Source: Felis catus
Taxonomy: Eukaryota
DNA: 64,000 nucleotides
Assembly (NCBI RefSeq): GCF_018350175.1
Contig: NC_058369.1
Span: 28,522,001 to 28,586,000, forward strand
Direction: 5' to 3'
Every line of letters starts with the position of its first letter. The stretch's first letter is position 1. Position numbers and translations under genes: made by a program. Below, one piece after another: positions 1 through 12,130 of this stretch. A model generated the notes under the pieces. It had not been told where the DNA came from. It ran no database searches and worked only from the letters and a program-made list of their open reading frames with translations.

Positions 1-1419
1 TCACATCTAAGAGGGTAGGAAAGGTGGAGATACAGTCAGGAGACAAATAAACCCATGGGACTGTCCACAGGAGGAATGCTGCAGGCATGAAGATGAGAGA
101 GGAAGAGACACCCACAACAGGTACCTCAGGCATGCAGGACCCACACTGGGAAGACAAATCCCCATAACATTTGGCTTTGAAAACTAGAGGGGCCTCACTT
201 CATGAGAACTTATAATCAGTGGAGCTTAATACCTGGAACATTAAAAATCAATGGGCACAGATCTGAGAGAGGTAAGTGCAATATGAAACTGAGTCTCCAT
301 CCTTAAAGAGACAGCAAAACAAAGAGTCACACTGAGCAGCAGCCCATGGAAGCAACAGTTTGGAAACAGCCTGGGTATACAGGAAGGAGACTTATTTCCT
401 AACCACAGAGCCTACGCTGGAGAAGCAGGGATCTTTGGGAGACTTCTCCAAGAACAAAAGAGCTGGTGGGTGCATCCCCTCCCCCTTTCCCTGCCTAGAT
501 ACATGGACATCTGCTGGAATGAGTGTAGCATGAACACTCTCCACCCAGCTTGGTAAGAGCATGCCCCACCCCTGAATTGTCCTGTGAACCCAGCCCCTCC
601 ATCTCAGCCTGAACAGGACTTTTCCCATGCAGTTGTAGTTCCTCTCCCTCAGCATAACAGTACACACCTTACTGGCATCCCACACCCTGCCCCTCTGTTC
701 TCCTGTAGATCTGCTCCCTCTAATATACCCTTGGCCAGAGCCCATTCAAAGCTATGTCAAAAACCTGGCATTGTGCAAGTAGCCCTGACAGTGGCCAGCA
801 TCACTCCAAAGTGACTCCTGCCCCAGGGAGAGGGGAAGAGAACCACACACACCAATCTGATGGTGGTCCTAGCAGTTGGTCAGAGGCTGACATCTGGTCT
901 GACTGCAGGCTCTGCCCACCAATATAAGCTTCTCAGAGAACAACACAAGGAAAGTGCCCTACAGCTTGGTGCTAACACATCTCCAGCAAACACCTGGTTT
1001 GATTCAACTCACGCCTAAAGAGCCCCAGACTTACCTACTAACAACACAGGGTCTAAGCCCTACCCACAATAAAGAGCCATTGAAGACAAATAGACTGAAG
1101 GAAAAAGTGGCCCATTCACTCACTCAGCAAGGTGCATGCAACACACATTGGAAACACCCCTGAAGCACCAGATTCTGGTGAACATAAGACACTGCAGTTC
1201 AGGGCACTACAGAACCTCTTTTCATAAGGACACTACTTTCAAGAGCAAGAGACATAGCTGACTTTCCTAACACACAGAAACAGACACAAAGAGTTAGACA
1301 ACATGAGAAGACAAAGGAATATGTCCTAAATGAAATAATAAGACAAAATCACAGGGAGAGAGGTAAATGAAATGGATATGAGTAACATGCCTGATAGAGA
1401 ATTTAAAGTAATAGTCATA

Positions 1420-1640
1420 GGGGCGCCTGGGTGGCGCAGTCGGTTAAGCGTCCGACTTCAGCCAGGTCACGATCTCCCGGTCCGTGAGTTCGAGCCCCGC
1501 GTCAGGCTCTGGGCTGATGGCTCCGAGCCCGGAGCCTGTTTCCGATTCTGTGTCTCCCTCTCTCTCTGCCCCTCCCCCGTTCATGCTCTGTCTCTCTCTG
1601 TCCCAAAAATAAAAAATAAATAAATAAATTTTAAAAAACG
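1420..1640 (+). mobile_element. Young feline CanSINE (SINEC_Fc-type) inserted in L1 ORF1
   Basis: Head ggggcgcctgggtggcgcagtcggttaagcg, CT tract, A tail. TSD ttaaagtaatagtc(a/g)ta at 1403-1419 and 1641-1657. Confidence 0.97.
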
Positions 1641-1874
1641 TTAAAGTAATAGTCGTAAAGATATGCACTAGAGTTGAGAAAAGAATAGAGGACCTCAGTG
1701 ACACCTTTCACAGAGAGAGAACATAAAAAACAACCAATTAGAGATGAAGAACTCAATAATTTCAATGAAAAATACCCTAGAAGGAACAAATAGTAGACTA
1801 GAGGAAGCAGAAAAACAGATCAGCAACCAGAGGACAGAGTAATGGAAAGCAATTAAGCTGAACAGGAGAAAAAA

Positions 1875-1909
<35 letters not shown>

Positions 1910-1910
1910 C
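1875..1910 (+). repeat. (CAT)11 microsatellite within L1 ORF1
   Basis: Read directly; explains the poly-Met ORF 1695..2012. Confidence 0.97.
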
Positions 1911-3313
1911 AAATGAAAATAGCCTAAGGGAAAGCGTCAACACCATCAAGTGTAATAACATTTGCATTATAGGGATCCCAGAAGGAAAAGAGAGGGAAAG
2001 AAAAGGACACAAAAATGTATTTGAAAAAAATAATAGGTGAAAAATGACTGAATCGAAGGAAACAAAAATCCAGATCGAGGAAGATCAACCCAAGGAAGCC
2101 CACACCAAGACATAAAATAATTGCAATGGCAAAGAGTAGTGATAAAAAGGGAATTTTAAAAGCATCAAGAGAAAAGAAAATAATTATATACAAGCAAAAG
2201 TACATAAGGTACCAGCTGATTTTTCGGCAGAAACTTTATAGGCGAGAAGAGAGTGGTACAATATACTCAAAGTGCTGAAAGGAAAAAACCTGAAACCAAG
2301 AATACTGTATCCAACAAGGCTATCATTAAGAACAGAAGGAGATATAAAGAGCCTCCCAGACAAACAAAAGTTAAAGGAATTCATCACTAGTAAATCAGGC
2401 CTATAAGAAATGTTAAAGGAGACTCACTGAGTGGGAAAAAAAGATCATAAGTAGGAATAATAAAAGTAAGAAGCATAAAAGCAGTAAAATTAGGTTTATC
2501 TATAAAAATCAGCCAAGGAGTTCACAAAATAAAAGGATATAAAGTATGACACCATATATTTAAATGTGAGGAATGGAGAGGGATAAAGCCTTAGTGCTTT
2601 TACAATGGGTTCAAACTTAATATAGACTGCTATATGCACATGGTGTTTTATATAAACTTAATGGTAATTATAAGTAAAAGAACAATAATTGATAAATAAT
2701 AAAGAAAGAAATTCAATAATATCACTAAAGAAAGTCAGCAAACTGTGAGAGAAGAAAGGAAGAGAAGAAAAAAAAAAAAGAGAACTACAAAAACAACCAC
2801 AAAACAAGTAACAAAATGGCAACTAGTACATACCTATCAATAATTACTTTGAATGTAAATGGACTAAACACTCAGATCAAAAGACATAGGGTGATGATAT
2901 GGATTAAAAAAAGCAAGACCTATCTCTATGTTACCTATAAGAAACTCACTTTACACCTAAAAACACATGTAGATTGAAATTAAAATAGTAGAAATGCAAA
3001 TGGCAGTGAAAAGAAAGCTGGGGTAGCAACAATTATATTGGATGAAATAGGCTTTAAACAAAGACTATAGCAAGAAACAAAGACTATAACAAGAAACAAA
3101 GAAATAATAAAAAGAACAAGCCACAAAAAAGATTAACAATTTAAATGTTTATACACTCAACATGGAAGCACCCAAATACACACTGCAGACAATAACAAAC
3201 ACAAAGGAAGTAATCAGTAGTAATCCAAAAATAGTAGGGGACCTTAAAACCTCACTTACAACAAAGGTAAGTGATCCAAAGAGAAAATCAACAAGGAAAC
3301 AGTGGCTTTGAAT

Positions 3314-3670
3314 GGATGACCCTTAGCTCCTACTGGCCTCTGCTCAGTCCCGACTTGTAGCGCCTGTGTCTCAGAACCATTCTGACACATCTGAGTTCTC
3401 ATGTTTGGAATCTTTGATTTCCCATCGGCTGCATCTCTCTTCTTCTATCTTGTCCTCACTGACTCTTCTACCTTCCACTTTTGCTTTTATAGCCTCATGT
3501 GACTACATTGGACAACTCAAGTAATCCAGGATAACCTCCCAATGTTAAAGCCAGCAGACTAGTAATCTAAATGACATCTGCAAAGTAAGTCCCTTCAACG
3601 AAGCACCTAGATTAGAAGAATTAAGGAACAGGAATCCTAGAGGGGCATCTGTGGAGTTCTGCCTGTCACA
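3314..3670 (-). mobile_element. MaLR LTR (MLT1D/E-like), 5' half
   Basis: Reverse complement starts tgtgacaggcagaactcc and contains gggaggttatcctggattac, typical of the MLT1 5' half. Truncated at 3314. Confidence 0.82.
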
Positions 3671-3741
3671 ACGGTCAGTTAAAAGCTATGTTTAGGTTGT
3701 TAGAAAAATCCACTATATTTGTACTTATCTTTCATCTAAAT

Positions 3742-3830
3742 GGGGGCAGGGACTATGTTTTATTCACTACTTTATGTTCAGCACAGTGCCTATCTTATAG
3801 TAAATATTCTATAGGTATTTGTTAAACACA
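3742..3830 (+). mobile_element. L2 3'-end relic
   Basis: gggcagggactatgttttattcac...gcacagtgcc...tatttgttaa resembles the L2 terminus. Confidence 0.6.
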
Positions 3831-4159
3831 TTGAACTCCCTAGATCTAGATGTTTAGTTTTCTGTTTTAAAAAGACAATTTTGTTCTAGGCTACTGAAAT
3901 GATCAAACCAACTTTTTACTTTTATTTATTTTTTTTATATTATTATGTTTATTTTGGTTTTGACTTTGCTCTTTGGGCCCTTATAACTGTGCTTACCACT
4001 TGAACTCTTATCTTCTTTTAAGTTTTGGCACCCTTTAACATATTCTTCTAAAAAAATATGCTGGACTACATTTGGGACTGGGGGCTATTATTATAAAGGG
4101 GTCGTGAAGGACTAGACTATCAGTGATGAGGATCATGAGGGCAACAGTGATGGTGATCT

Positions 4160-4340
4160 TCTGGGTTTCAGCCAGGGGTGATTTTGTTCCCACCCCACCC
4201 TGCTGACATTTGGCAATGTTTGGAGATGGTTTTGGTTGTCACAATTAGGGGATAGGATCCTATTGGCATCCAGTTGTTAGAGGCCAGGGATGCTGCTAAA
4301 TATCCTATGATGCACAGGACAGCATTCCCAAACAGTTACA
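4160..4340 (+). mobile_element. MER20-like hAT-Charlie MITE
   Basis: gacatttggcaatgtttggagatggttttggttgtcacaa...aggccagggatgctgctaaatatcctatgatgcacaggacagc matches recalled MER20. Confidence 0.85.
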
Positions 4341-4399
4341 TAGGCCAAAAAAGAAAAAAAGAAATTATGTCTTATTCATTCAGAATCCATCATGTATGT

Positions 4400-4683
4400 T
4401 TCTGAAGTGTGGCTCCTCTGGGAGGTTCTTGGGTAGTATCCACGTTCCTTCCACTTTGTAGTTCTAACTTCAACAAGTAGTCATCAGGTTACTGAGAAAG
4501 GAATAAGAAAGAGTATAAGAGAGAGCCTTGAATATTTCTGTGGGTCCTTCCAGGAAGGGGTGTACATTACTTCTGCCATATTCCACTGATCAGTACTCAG
4601 TCATTTGGATCTTCCTAACTATCCCAGAGCTCGGAGCTGCATTCCAGCTCTGTGCCTGGGTGAGCACTAGTGGCCTCTGCCAG
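4400..4683 (-). mobile_element. Old MaLR LTR fragment (MLT1J/K-like)
   Basis: acattacttctgccatattccactgatcagtactcagtca...tgagcactagtggcctctgcca. Confidence 0.55.
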
Positions 4684-4729
4684 AAAAAACAACCACCATA
4701 ACAGCAGCAACAACAACATTAATACCAAT

Positions 4730-4900
4730 GACATGTAACATTTATTGAGCTTTTGCATTGCCAGGCATGCATAACATAATTTGTCTAAAGGTGTAACTGA
4801 GGCTCACAAAAGTTGAATACGTCTTCTAATTCACTCAGAGTTCTGTGAGGAGCTGAGAGGCGACCCCAAGTCTATCTCATACCAAAGTAGATGCATTTAC
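4730..4900 (-). mobile_element. MIR relic
   Basis: aacatttattgagc...ccaggca...aactgaggctcac core. Confidence 0.6.
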
Positions 4901-6199
4901 CCACTCCTGGCTACTCTCACTGTGGCTGGAATGGAAGATTGCACTTAGTGGGGCTTAATTTTTATGAAATAGAACCTCTGCCTGTAAGCACCATAAGTCC
5001 AGAATGTTTGAGGTTTCTAAAACTGCTTAAGCAATCTTTCCTGGAGAGCTGCTGAAATCCTTTTCAGGGAATATCAATATACAGATTGCATTCCAACTTT
5101 TTGTCTGGATCACCAAAGAATAGACAGGAAGAGATGGATATCGTGGGTGAAGCCTATCATAGTGCTTTTAAATCATCCTGTTGCACTTAGGCATTGCAGC
5201 CTGTGATTATATATATTTCATATAAGCCTTCAGTAGTCCAGAGGGACTGCTGGCCGAGGTAATGAGCACTGGTAGGAATCTTGACAGCAAACTCTAAATG
5301 GTTTCAGTGCCTCAGAGTTTCAAGAAAGTGGGCCTTTCTTTAAGCGGATGGCTTTTCTGTCCTATTTGGGTAATTTATTCTTATTCATCTTATATTAGTG
5401 GCAGGCCTTGTGTCACATGTAATAGTTATAATAAGGCACTCACCAAAGCTTCCTTTTAGGGGTGGAAAGCGCTTTGGGTATTATTGTCATGGAACAAGAT
5501 AGAAGAGAGAACAGGAGCCCTCGCTTCATAAAGGCCTCATTGGTAGAGAAAGCAATATCAGTGGGTGAGGGGTGGGAGCAGGGTTCAGAGTCTTGCTTTG
5601 GAATGACAATGCAGCACTTGCCTGGAATGTTCTAATCAACTCTTCAGGGTCTGAAAGCTGGTCATAGATGTGATGGCTCTGAATGCTGCTGCCTTCATTA
5701 TCGGCTTCTGTTTTGACCACATCATAGCAAAAGATTCTCAACGAGTTCTGTTTTGTGCCATTAAAATTGAACTTCTAGTCTTATTGCTCTAAAGCTTTTA
5801 TTATTATAATTTTTTTAATGAAAACAATCCTTTTCCTCTTTCCTATACCTTCCTCTGCTAAACACTGCCTTTCTCTTTCTATTTTCTTATAACAATGTCT
5901 GGATTATCACACTGGTTTAGACCTTTGATTCAAGTATCCCTTCAGAAACTGTTTTCTGCATAACGCCACGTGTTAAGCACTGTGCTGGGCATTGGGCCAG
6001 GGTAGTGACTGAGACAAACACAGAGCAGCCCAGCTGCAAAGAAGCCATGTGCTAAGGTGGGAACTAGTACTCTTCGGCCACAAATAACAACAACAACATC
6101 CATAACAATACTGTCTAACATCTATTAATCTCTTACCATTTCAATCCACTCGGATTTATATTCTATCTCTGATAATGATTGTTAGAACATCCAAGAACC

Positions 6200-6430
6200 G
6201 CCACTAATGTTCAGTACATGCTCATTTTTGACAAGCACTGGGGCAAGGTCTTCCCATATATCAAGTCAGTTAATCCTCTTAAACCCCTATTGATAAGATT
6301 TTTATTGTTTCATGGATGAGGAGACTAAGGCTTCGAAGAATTAGAGGTTTATGTCAAATCACATGGCTGAGAAGTAGAAAATCTGGGACACAAATCCAGG
6401 GCTGTCTGACTCCTTCACTTGTACTCTAAA
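6200..6430 (-). mobile_element. MIR relic
   Basis: ttaatcctc...gatgaggagactaaggct...aatccagggctgtctgactcc. Confidence 0.7.
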
Positions 6431-6654
6431 CTCAGTTGTCCAGAACCACAGGCATGTTTGGAAGGACACTGACTTTTCCTTGATGCCTAACTGAAATAGT
6501 AAAAGGTATATCCTACTCACTAAAATCAGCCTTGATAATTCTTTTTGTTTTTGTTTTTATTAATTTATCATGAGTCTGTTTTTCATATGTGTCCTTGAAC
6601 TGTTAACAAAGCCCTTCCTCCCAAGATGGTGTCAGAATCATGGTAAGTTACAAC

Positions 6655-7200
6655 TAGTCATTCATTGTGTATATGGAAGCTTACTCTATGCCAAAATCTG
6701 GGTGGAAGAGACAGACATCTTTGTCTTCAAGGCTCTTACAATTTAGAGGAGAAAACAGTTATTAATCCCATTAGTCCCAAGTATCATGAGCATTACAAAG
6801 AGGGAAGAAGAGCTTGTTACTGGAAGTATACCACATTGGCTTTGGAGTGGAGCATGGTGAGGGATGTCCTCCCTGTAAAAAGGAGTATATTCTCAGAAGC
6901 CAAGTATAAGTAGCCATTAGATGAGTGAAGATGCCCATGGTGTCTCATGGTCTTGCAGCCTCAGAGAGTAGGGTAGGATCTATGCACTGAAAGAAGATGG
7001 CAGGCGGGACATGCAGAGGACAGTGTGGTAGGAGATAAAGGGGGGTGAGACGGGCAGGGGCAGATCATGAAAGACCTTGTGGATGCTGGAAAGTCTTTGG
7101 GTTTTTATCACAAAAGCAATGGCGAGTCATTGAAGATCTTTAGGCAGAGGAAAGATATGAAATGTTTGAATTTTTAAATGATCCACTTTGGCTGCACTTC
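6655..7200 (-). mobile_element. L2 relic
   Basis: gggcagatcatgaaagaccttgtgg...gcaatggcgagtcattgaagatctttaggcagagg...atccactttggctgc. Confidence 0.7.
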
Positions 7201-7899
7201 GGCTGGAGAAGGGGTTAAACTGAGGAAAACTGGAAACTGAGAGAGAAGTTTGAGGTCTTTCCTGAGGGTTGTTGTAATTCCTCTATCCTTGGGTTTGGTG
7301 TATCAACCCATGTTTCCCTGTGTCTGTGCCTTTTGTAATTTTGAAGACATCAATTATATCACCACCTGTCCCGCCTCTGTCAACTCAGAAACAAACTTTT
7401 CTGTCTTGGATGCATTACTATTTTGGATGATGGCCTTGGGACCTTCCCATCGCAGTGTTCGCCTGCCCACAGCCACATCCTCTGCCAAATTAAATGTGGA
7501 GAACAGTCTCCCTTTCCTCTTCATGAAACACTTTAACTGACACACCCTCATGATTATAACTTAACTTCACTCATTTAAGCAGAGGTGATGCATCTTTCCC
7601 CTAAAAAACTGACTCTTTAAGCATATAACTTCACATTACCTAGCATGGATGTTCATCTGATTCTTTGCTTTTCTTGCTTGCTTTTATTTCTTTTGGATTG
7701 GTTTCACCTTAATTCTAGCTAATTTATCTTGTCAGTCTTAGATGAAGAGTTCTTTAGGGTTGGAAAGAGGTAAACATATGATCTTCTAGGCTATGGAAGA
7801 TCCACTGAGTGCCAGAACCCTAAGGCGGTGCCATAACGATAAAGCAATGAATGTGGTTACTTTTGCCCCATAAGAAATGGAGGTTGATGTTAAGGTGGT

Positions 7900-8420
7900 A
7901 TCTGAATTATGAATGCTTTCAGCTACCAGTAACAGAAAACTTAGGTAATACTGTCTTAACCCATAAGGATATTTATTTGCTTACAAGAGTCTAGGAGGTA
8001 AAAGTTTCCGGGGTTAGTTTAGTAGCTCAGTGATGTCATGAAGGACCTAGTCTCTTTCCGGCTTGTTGCCTCATGGTCATGGTTACCTCATGGCTGCCAC
8101 AGCTCCCAACACAATGTTTCTTCATGACAGTGTTCAAAACAGGAAAGAATAGAGAGAGGGAGGTGGGGGGACAGCTTTTCCTCATGCAGCTCTGCTATCA
8201 TTATTATTATTTTTAATTAAACATCCGAATCCTTCATGGAGACCCCAATCTATTTCCACTCATTGGTTAGGACTAGGTCACATGCCTATTACTAAAGATC
8301 AGTTAATAGCAAAAGGAAATAATATGCCATCATTGGCTTAGATCAGTCATTATCCATTATCTGAAGCTGGGCGTATTGCTGTCCATCAAAATTTTGGTTC
8401 TGTTATGAAAGAAGGAGAAC
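7900..8420 (-). mobile_element. Old MaLR LTR (MLT1K/L-like)
   Basis: gctttcagctaccagtaacagaaaac...cattggttaggactaggtcacatgcc...aaaattttggttctgtta. Confidence 0.65.
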
Positions 8421-8707
8421 ATGTCTTGTCATGTTTGCATTAAGAAATGATAATTATAAAATTACTGGAATAGAGTCTAAGAAGAAGACTATTGTAGGAA
8501 TTTTCAGAGATAAGGAAATGGAAGCAAATGAGGAGACTAGCTCCCCTAGTTCCCTGGCACAAAAGCAATTGTGAATAATAGCCTTAACCCTCCCAGATGT
8601 CAAGGAGACCCTTAGCCTTTTCTGTTCATCCCACATATACCTCTGTGTGCCGGACATCAGTGGTTTCCTTCCTGTGATCCATTTTCCTATCCTTTCTTTT
8701 CTTTATC

Positions 8708-8892
8708 TTTTTTTTTTTAAGTTTGCTTACTTATTTTGAGTGGGGGAGGGCAGAGAGAGGGAGAGGGAAAGAATCCCAGCAGATTCCACACTGTCAGTGC
8801 AGAACACAATGCAGGGCTTGAACTCCCAAAACATGAGACCACTACCAGAGCTGAAGTCAGATGCTTACCCTACTGAGCCATCCAGGTGCCCC
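8708..8892 (-). mobile_element. CanSINE
   Basis: T tract, GA tract, ends ctgagccatccaggtgcccc. TSD about atcctttcttt. Confidence 0.93.
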
Positions 8893-8914
8893 TCTAATCC
8901 TTTCTTTCTAACAT

Positions 8915-9378
8915 AATGTCCAGCTCAAATCCCCAGTTTCCCACACTCCCTTACAGTTAGGAGAGGCCGTGTGATCCATTTTTGGCAAAAAGAGGTGTTC
9001 GTGAAAGTCACTGGATGGAACCTTCTGGATAGCTTCTAAAAACAGACTGACTCATATGGCATCTTCTCTTTGTGTTTTCCCCTCTGCTCGTACTCCCTTC
9101 TTGCCTAGAGTGAGGATGCCATGCCTGGAGGTATAGCAGCATCTAGGACAGTGAAACTGAAATCCCCATCTAAGGACAGTGGAACCAAAAGATAGAAGGA
9201 GCCTGGAACATCAATGACACAGTGAGGCACCTTCCCATTGCCAGACTGCTTACCTTCAGACATCTTGCTACATGAAAAAAAAAAAAAGTGACAGAGAAGA
9301 AAGCTCTATGAGTTTAATCACTCTTGGGCTGTTATTCAGGTTGTGATTACTTGTATCTAAAGCAATCCTGGTTGATAA
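8915..9378 (+). mobile_element. Old ERVL-class LTR (LTR33/LTR16-like)
   Basis: gatgccatgcctggagg...gactgcttaccttcagacatcttgctacatga...aaagcaatcctggttgata. Confidence 0.55.
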
Positions 9379-11049
9379 TCCTCTAGACCTGGAAGCATGG
9401 CATAGGAGAGTGAAAACACATGTTAGTCAGGGTTATTAATTGCCAAGGAAAAATGTAAAAAGCTTTATATGACAAAAGTTAGGGAAAGAGGGGAAGTGAA
9501 AGATATAACCGGCCTGATGTGAGTATGAAATGTCCCAGCTTTCCAACACTTCAAGCTTACTCATTCTATTAGTCAGTTTTATTAGTGCTACCATATGCTT
9601 TGTGGGAGGATGATACTCCAGTGGCTGGATGGTTTGGAGGAATCACAAACAAGAAGTTTACGGTCCCACTGGTTAATCTGAGCGTTTGTCCTTCAACCTG
9701 GGTGTTATTGTTTAAAGATATCTGGATATTGTGTTGCTTTTGTTTGGTGTTTATGGATTTCACACTAAGATAATTAGGCCCCAAATTAAGTTTTGCATGA
9801 AAGATGTCTTTGCTGTGTTATTGAGGACATTGAAGAGATGATGTTTAACATATTTGGGGGCTGGAAATTGCATACTTGTTTGTATATGAGGCAGAACATA
9901 CATTGGAGGTGAACATTAATGCAAAAATAAGCCTTTCACGATTGTTGGTGTTTGCAATACAACAATAGAAACTTCCTGTCTTTCAGGAAGTTCACGTTAC
10001 TAACTAGTGGATAAAGAGTTAAAAGATGAAATGAAGCACAAGGTCAAAACTCTCATTAAATCAGCTGACATTTTATCTTAAAGTCAGGATTGCCTTATAA
10101 TACACCAACTGTGCTCAAATATAGGGGTGACATTTGCTTTCTCCCCAAATTATTATCCCGTAGAAGAGACAAACTTGCTTTATATTTGGGTCCTTTCAAG
10201 TGCTGCTTTTGGAAGTCACAATGGGCTGAAATGACCTCACCCTCTGTCCCCCTGAAAAAGATGAAAGTCATCGGCTGAGATCAATAAAAAAAGGAGTAAA
10301 GAAATTGAATACAGAATTAGTCATGATTCTGGGGGCTGTGACTTCACAATTTCAGGTATTGAATGTTCTAAACTGATCTTCTGAAAATCACTTCAAAAAA
10401 CTATACAAGAGAGGGTCTATCATGAACATCAAAATCTATGCCTTTATGAGGATGAATTTTTCTTTAAAAGAAAAAGCTGCTTATATAAATGGGTACCTGT
10501 GGCTTAAGAGACAACTTCCAGAGACAGCATCACACATGATTCAAGGAGTGCCATGTCTCAAACTGAGAGCAGCGAATGTGTTCTGGAACATTCTGTTCAA
10601 AGAATAAAATGGTAGCTCTTATATGTTGAAGACACCCTTGCCAGAGTTTGAATTAAGTGGATGTTTTTAAACATTCACTTAATGAAATAAAAAATATAAG
10701 TAGATGTTTGAACTGTTTTTTGCATATCCCTATGTGTTTCTATGTGTAAGTTGACCATCCTCCCTTTTGAAAATTTTAATCTTTCCATTGAGAAAGTGGA
10801 ATGAATATTGCTTTATAGTCAAGATTGCTCTATATTTGGCATTACTAGCTATTCTTTCCAATTTAGTTTCACTATATCCTTCTTTGATGTTTTACATTTT
10901 AATATATAAAAAGCTTTAAACGCCTAAAGAGAGTTCCACAGTGAGTGCCATATGCTAGCTCATGAAAAGGTTTTATATAGTCATAAAGAGACATGCAGTT
11001 GGATGCCTACCTGATAAAGTTATTAATCTTTGGGTTTGAGTTTAAGACT

Positions 11050-11497
11050 TGTCTGAATCAGGGTTCTCCAGAGAAAGAACCAATTGGATATATATAAACT
11101 TATTATAAGTAATTGGCTCATGTAATTATGGAGGCTGACCAGTCCTGAGATCAGCAGTTGGCAAGACGAAAACCTGGAGATGGTGGTGGTGGTGATGGTC
11201 AATGACATAGTTCCAGTCTGAATCCAAAGGTCTGTGAGCCACTAGAAGCAATGTTATAGTTCCATCTAAACATGGGCAGGCTCACAATCTGCAAGAGTCT
11301 GTGTTTGAGTTTGAGTATGAAGGCAGGAGAAAACCTATATCCCAGCTCAATGCGGTCGGGCAGGAAGAATTCCCACTTATGTGTGTGTGTATTTGGTGGT
11401 TGTGGGGGCAGCCTTTTGTTCTCTTCAGGCCTTCTACTGATTGGATGAGGCCCACTCACACTGGGGAGAGCAATCTGCTTTACTTAGCCTATCAATT
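11050..11497 (-). mobile_element. ERVL LTR (MLT2-type), missing its first ~100 bp at the L1 insertion site
   Basis: tcagggttctccagagaaa...ttggctcatgtaattatggaggctg...ttggatgaggcccactcacactggggagagcaatctgctttact; homologous to the complete copy at 61223-61703. Confidence 0.9.
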
Positions 11498-11529
11498 TTT
11501 TATTTTTCTTAAAAATTTTTTAATTCCAG

Positions 11530-11746
11530 GGGGCACCTGGGTGGCTCAATTGAGCATCTGACTCTTGATTTCAGTTCAGGTGATGATCTTGTGGTTCGTG
11601 GGAATGAGCCCTGCAATGGGCTGTGTGCTGATAGCACAGAGCCTGCTTGGGATTCTCTCTCCCTCTCTCTCTCTCTCTGCCCCCCCCCCCGCATGCTCTC
11701 TGTCTCTCTCTCAAAATAAATAAATAAACATTAAAAAAAAAAACTT
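11530..11746 (+). mobile_element. CanSINE inserted in the L1 3'UTR
   Basis: ggggcacctgggtggctc head; TSD ttttaattccag on both sides. Confidence 0.95.
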
Positions 11747-12088
11747 AAAAAGTTTTAATTCCAGTATAGTTAACATACAGTGTTATATTAGTTTCAGGCA
11801 TACAATATAGTGATTCAACAATTCTATACATTACTCAGTGCTCGTCATGACAAGTGTGCTCTTAATTCCCTTCACCTATTTCACTCATACCACTCACCCA
11901 CCTCCCCTCTGGTAACCATCAGTTTTTTCTTTATAGTTAAGAGTCTGTTTCTTGGTTAGTTTTTTCCCCACATATGATTGAAATCATATGGTATTTGTCT
12001 TTCTCTGACTTATTTCACTTAGCATTATACTATCTAGATCCCTTCCTTTTGCAAATGGCAAGATTTCATTCATTTTTATGGCTGAGTA

Positions 12089-12093
<5 letters not shown>

Positions 12094-12128
<35 letters not shown>
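12094..12128 (+). repeat. (CA)n microsatellite
   Basis: Read directly. Confidence 0.95.

Positions 12129-12130
<2 letters not shown>

Larger units (their letters stand above)
1..3314 (+). mobile_element. LINE-1 5' part (5'UTR, decayed ORF1, start of ORF2 endonuclease), cut at the inversion breakpoint
   Basis: ORF1-like sequence from ~1303 (MSNMPDREFKVI; later aagaatactgtatccaacaaggctatcatt). ORF2 start atcaataattactttgaatgtaaatggactaaa at ~2836. Ends abruptly at aaggaaacagtggctttgaatg. Many stops and frameshifts. Confidence 0.92.

Noticed and set aside
1695..2012. Poly-Met ORF
   Set aside because: Antisense reading of the (CAT)n repeat in L1 ORF1.
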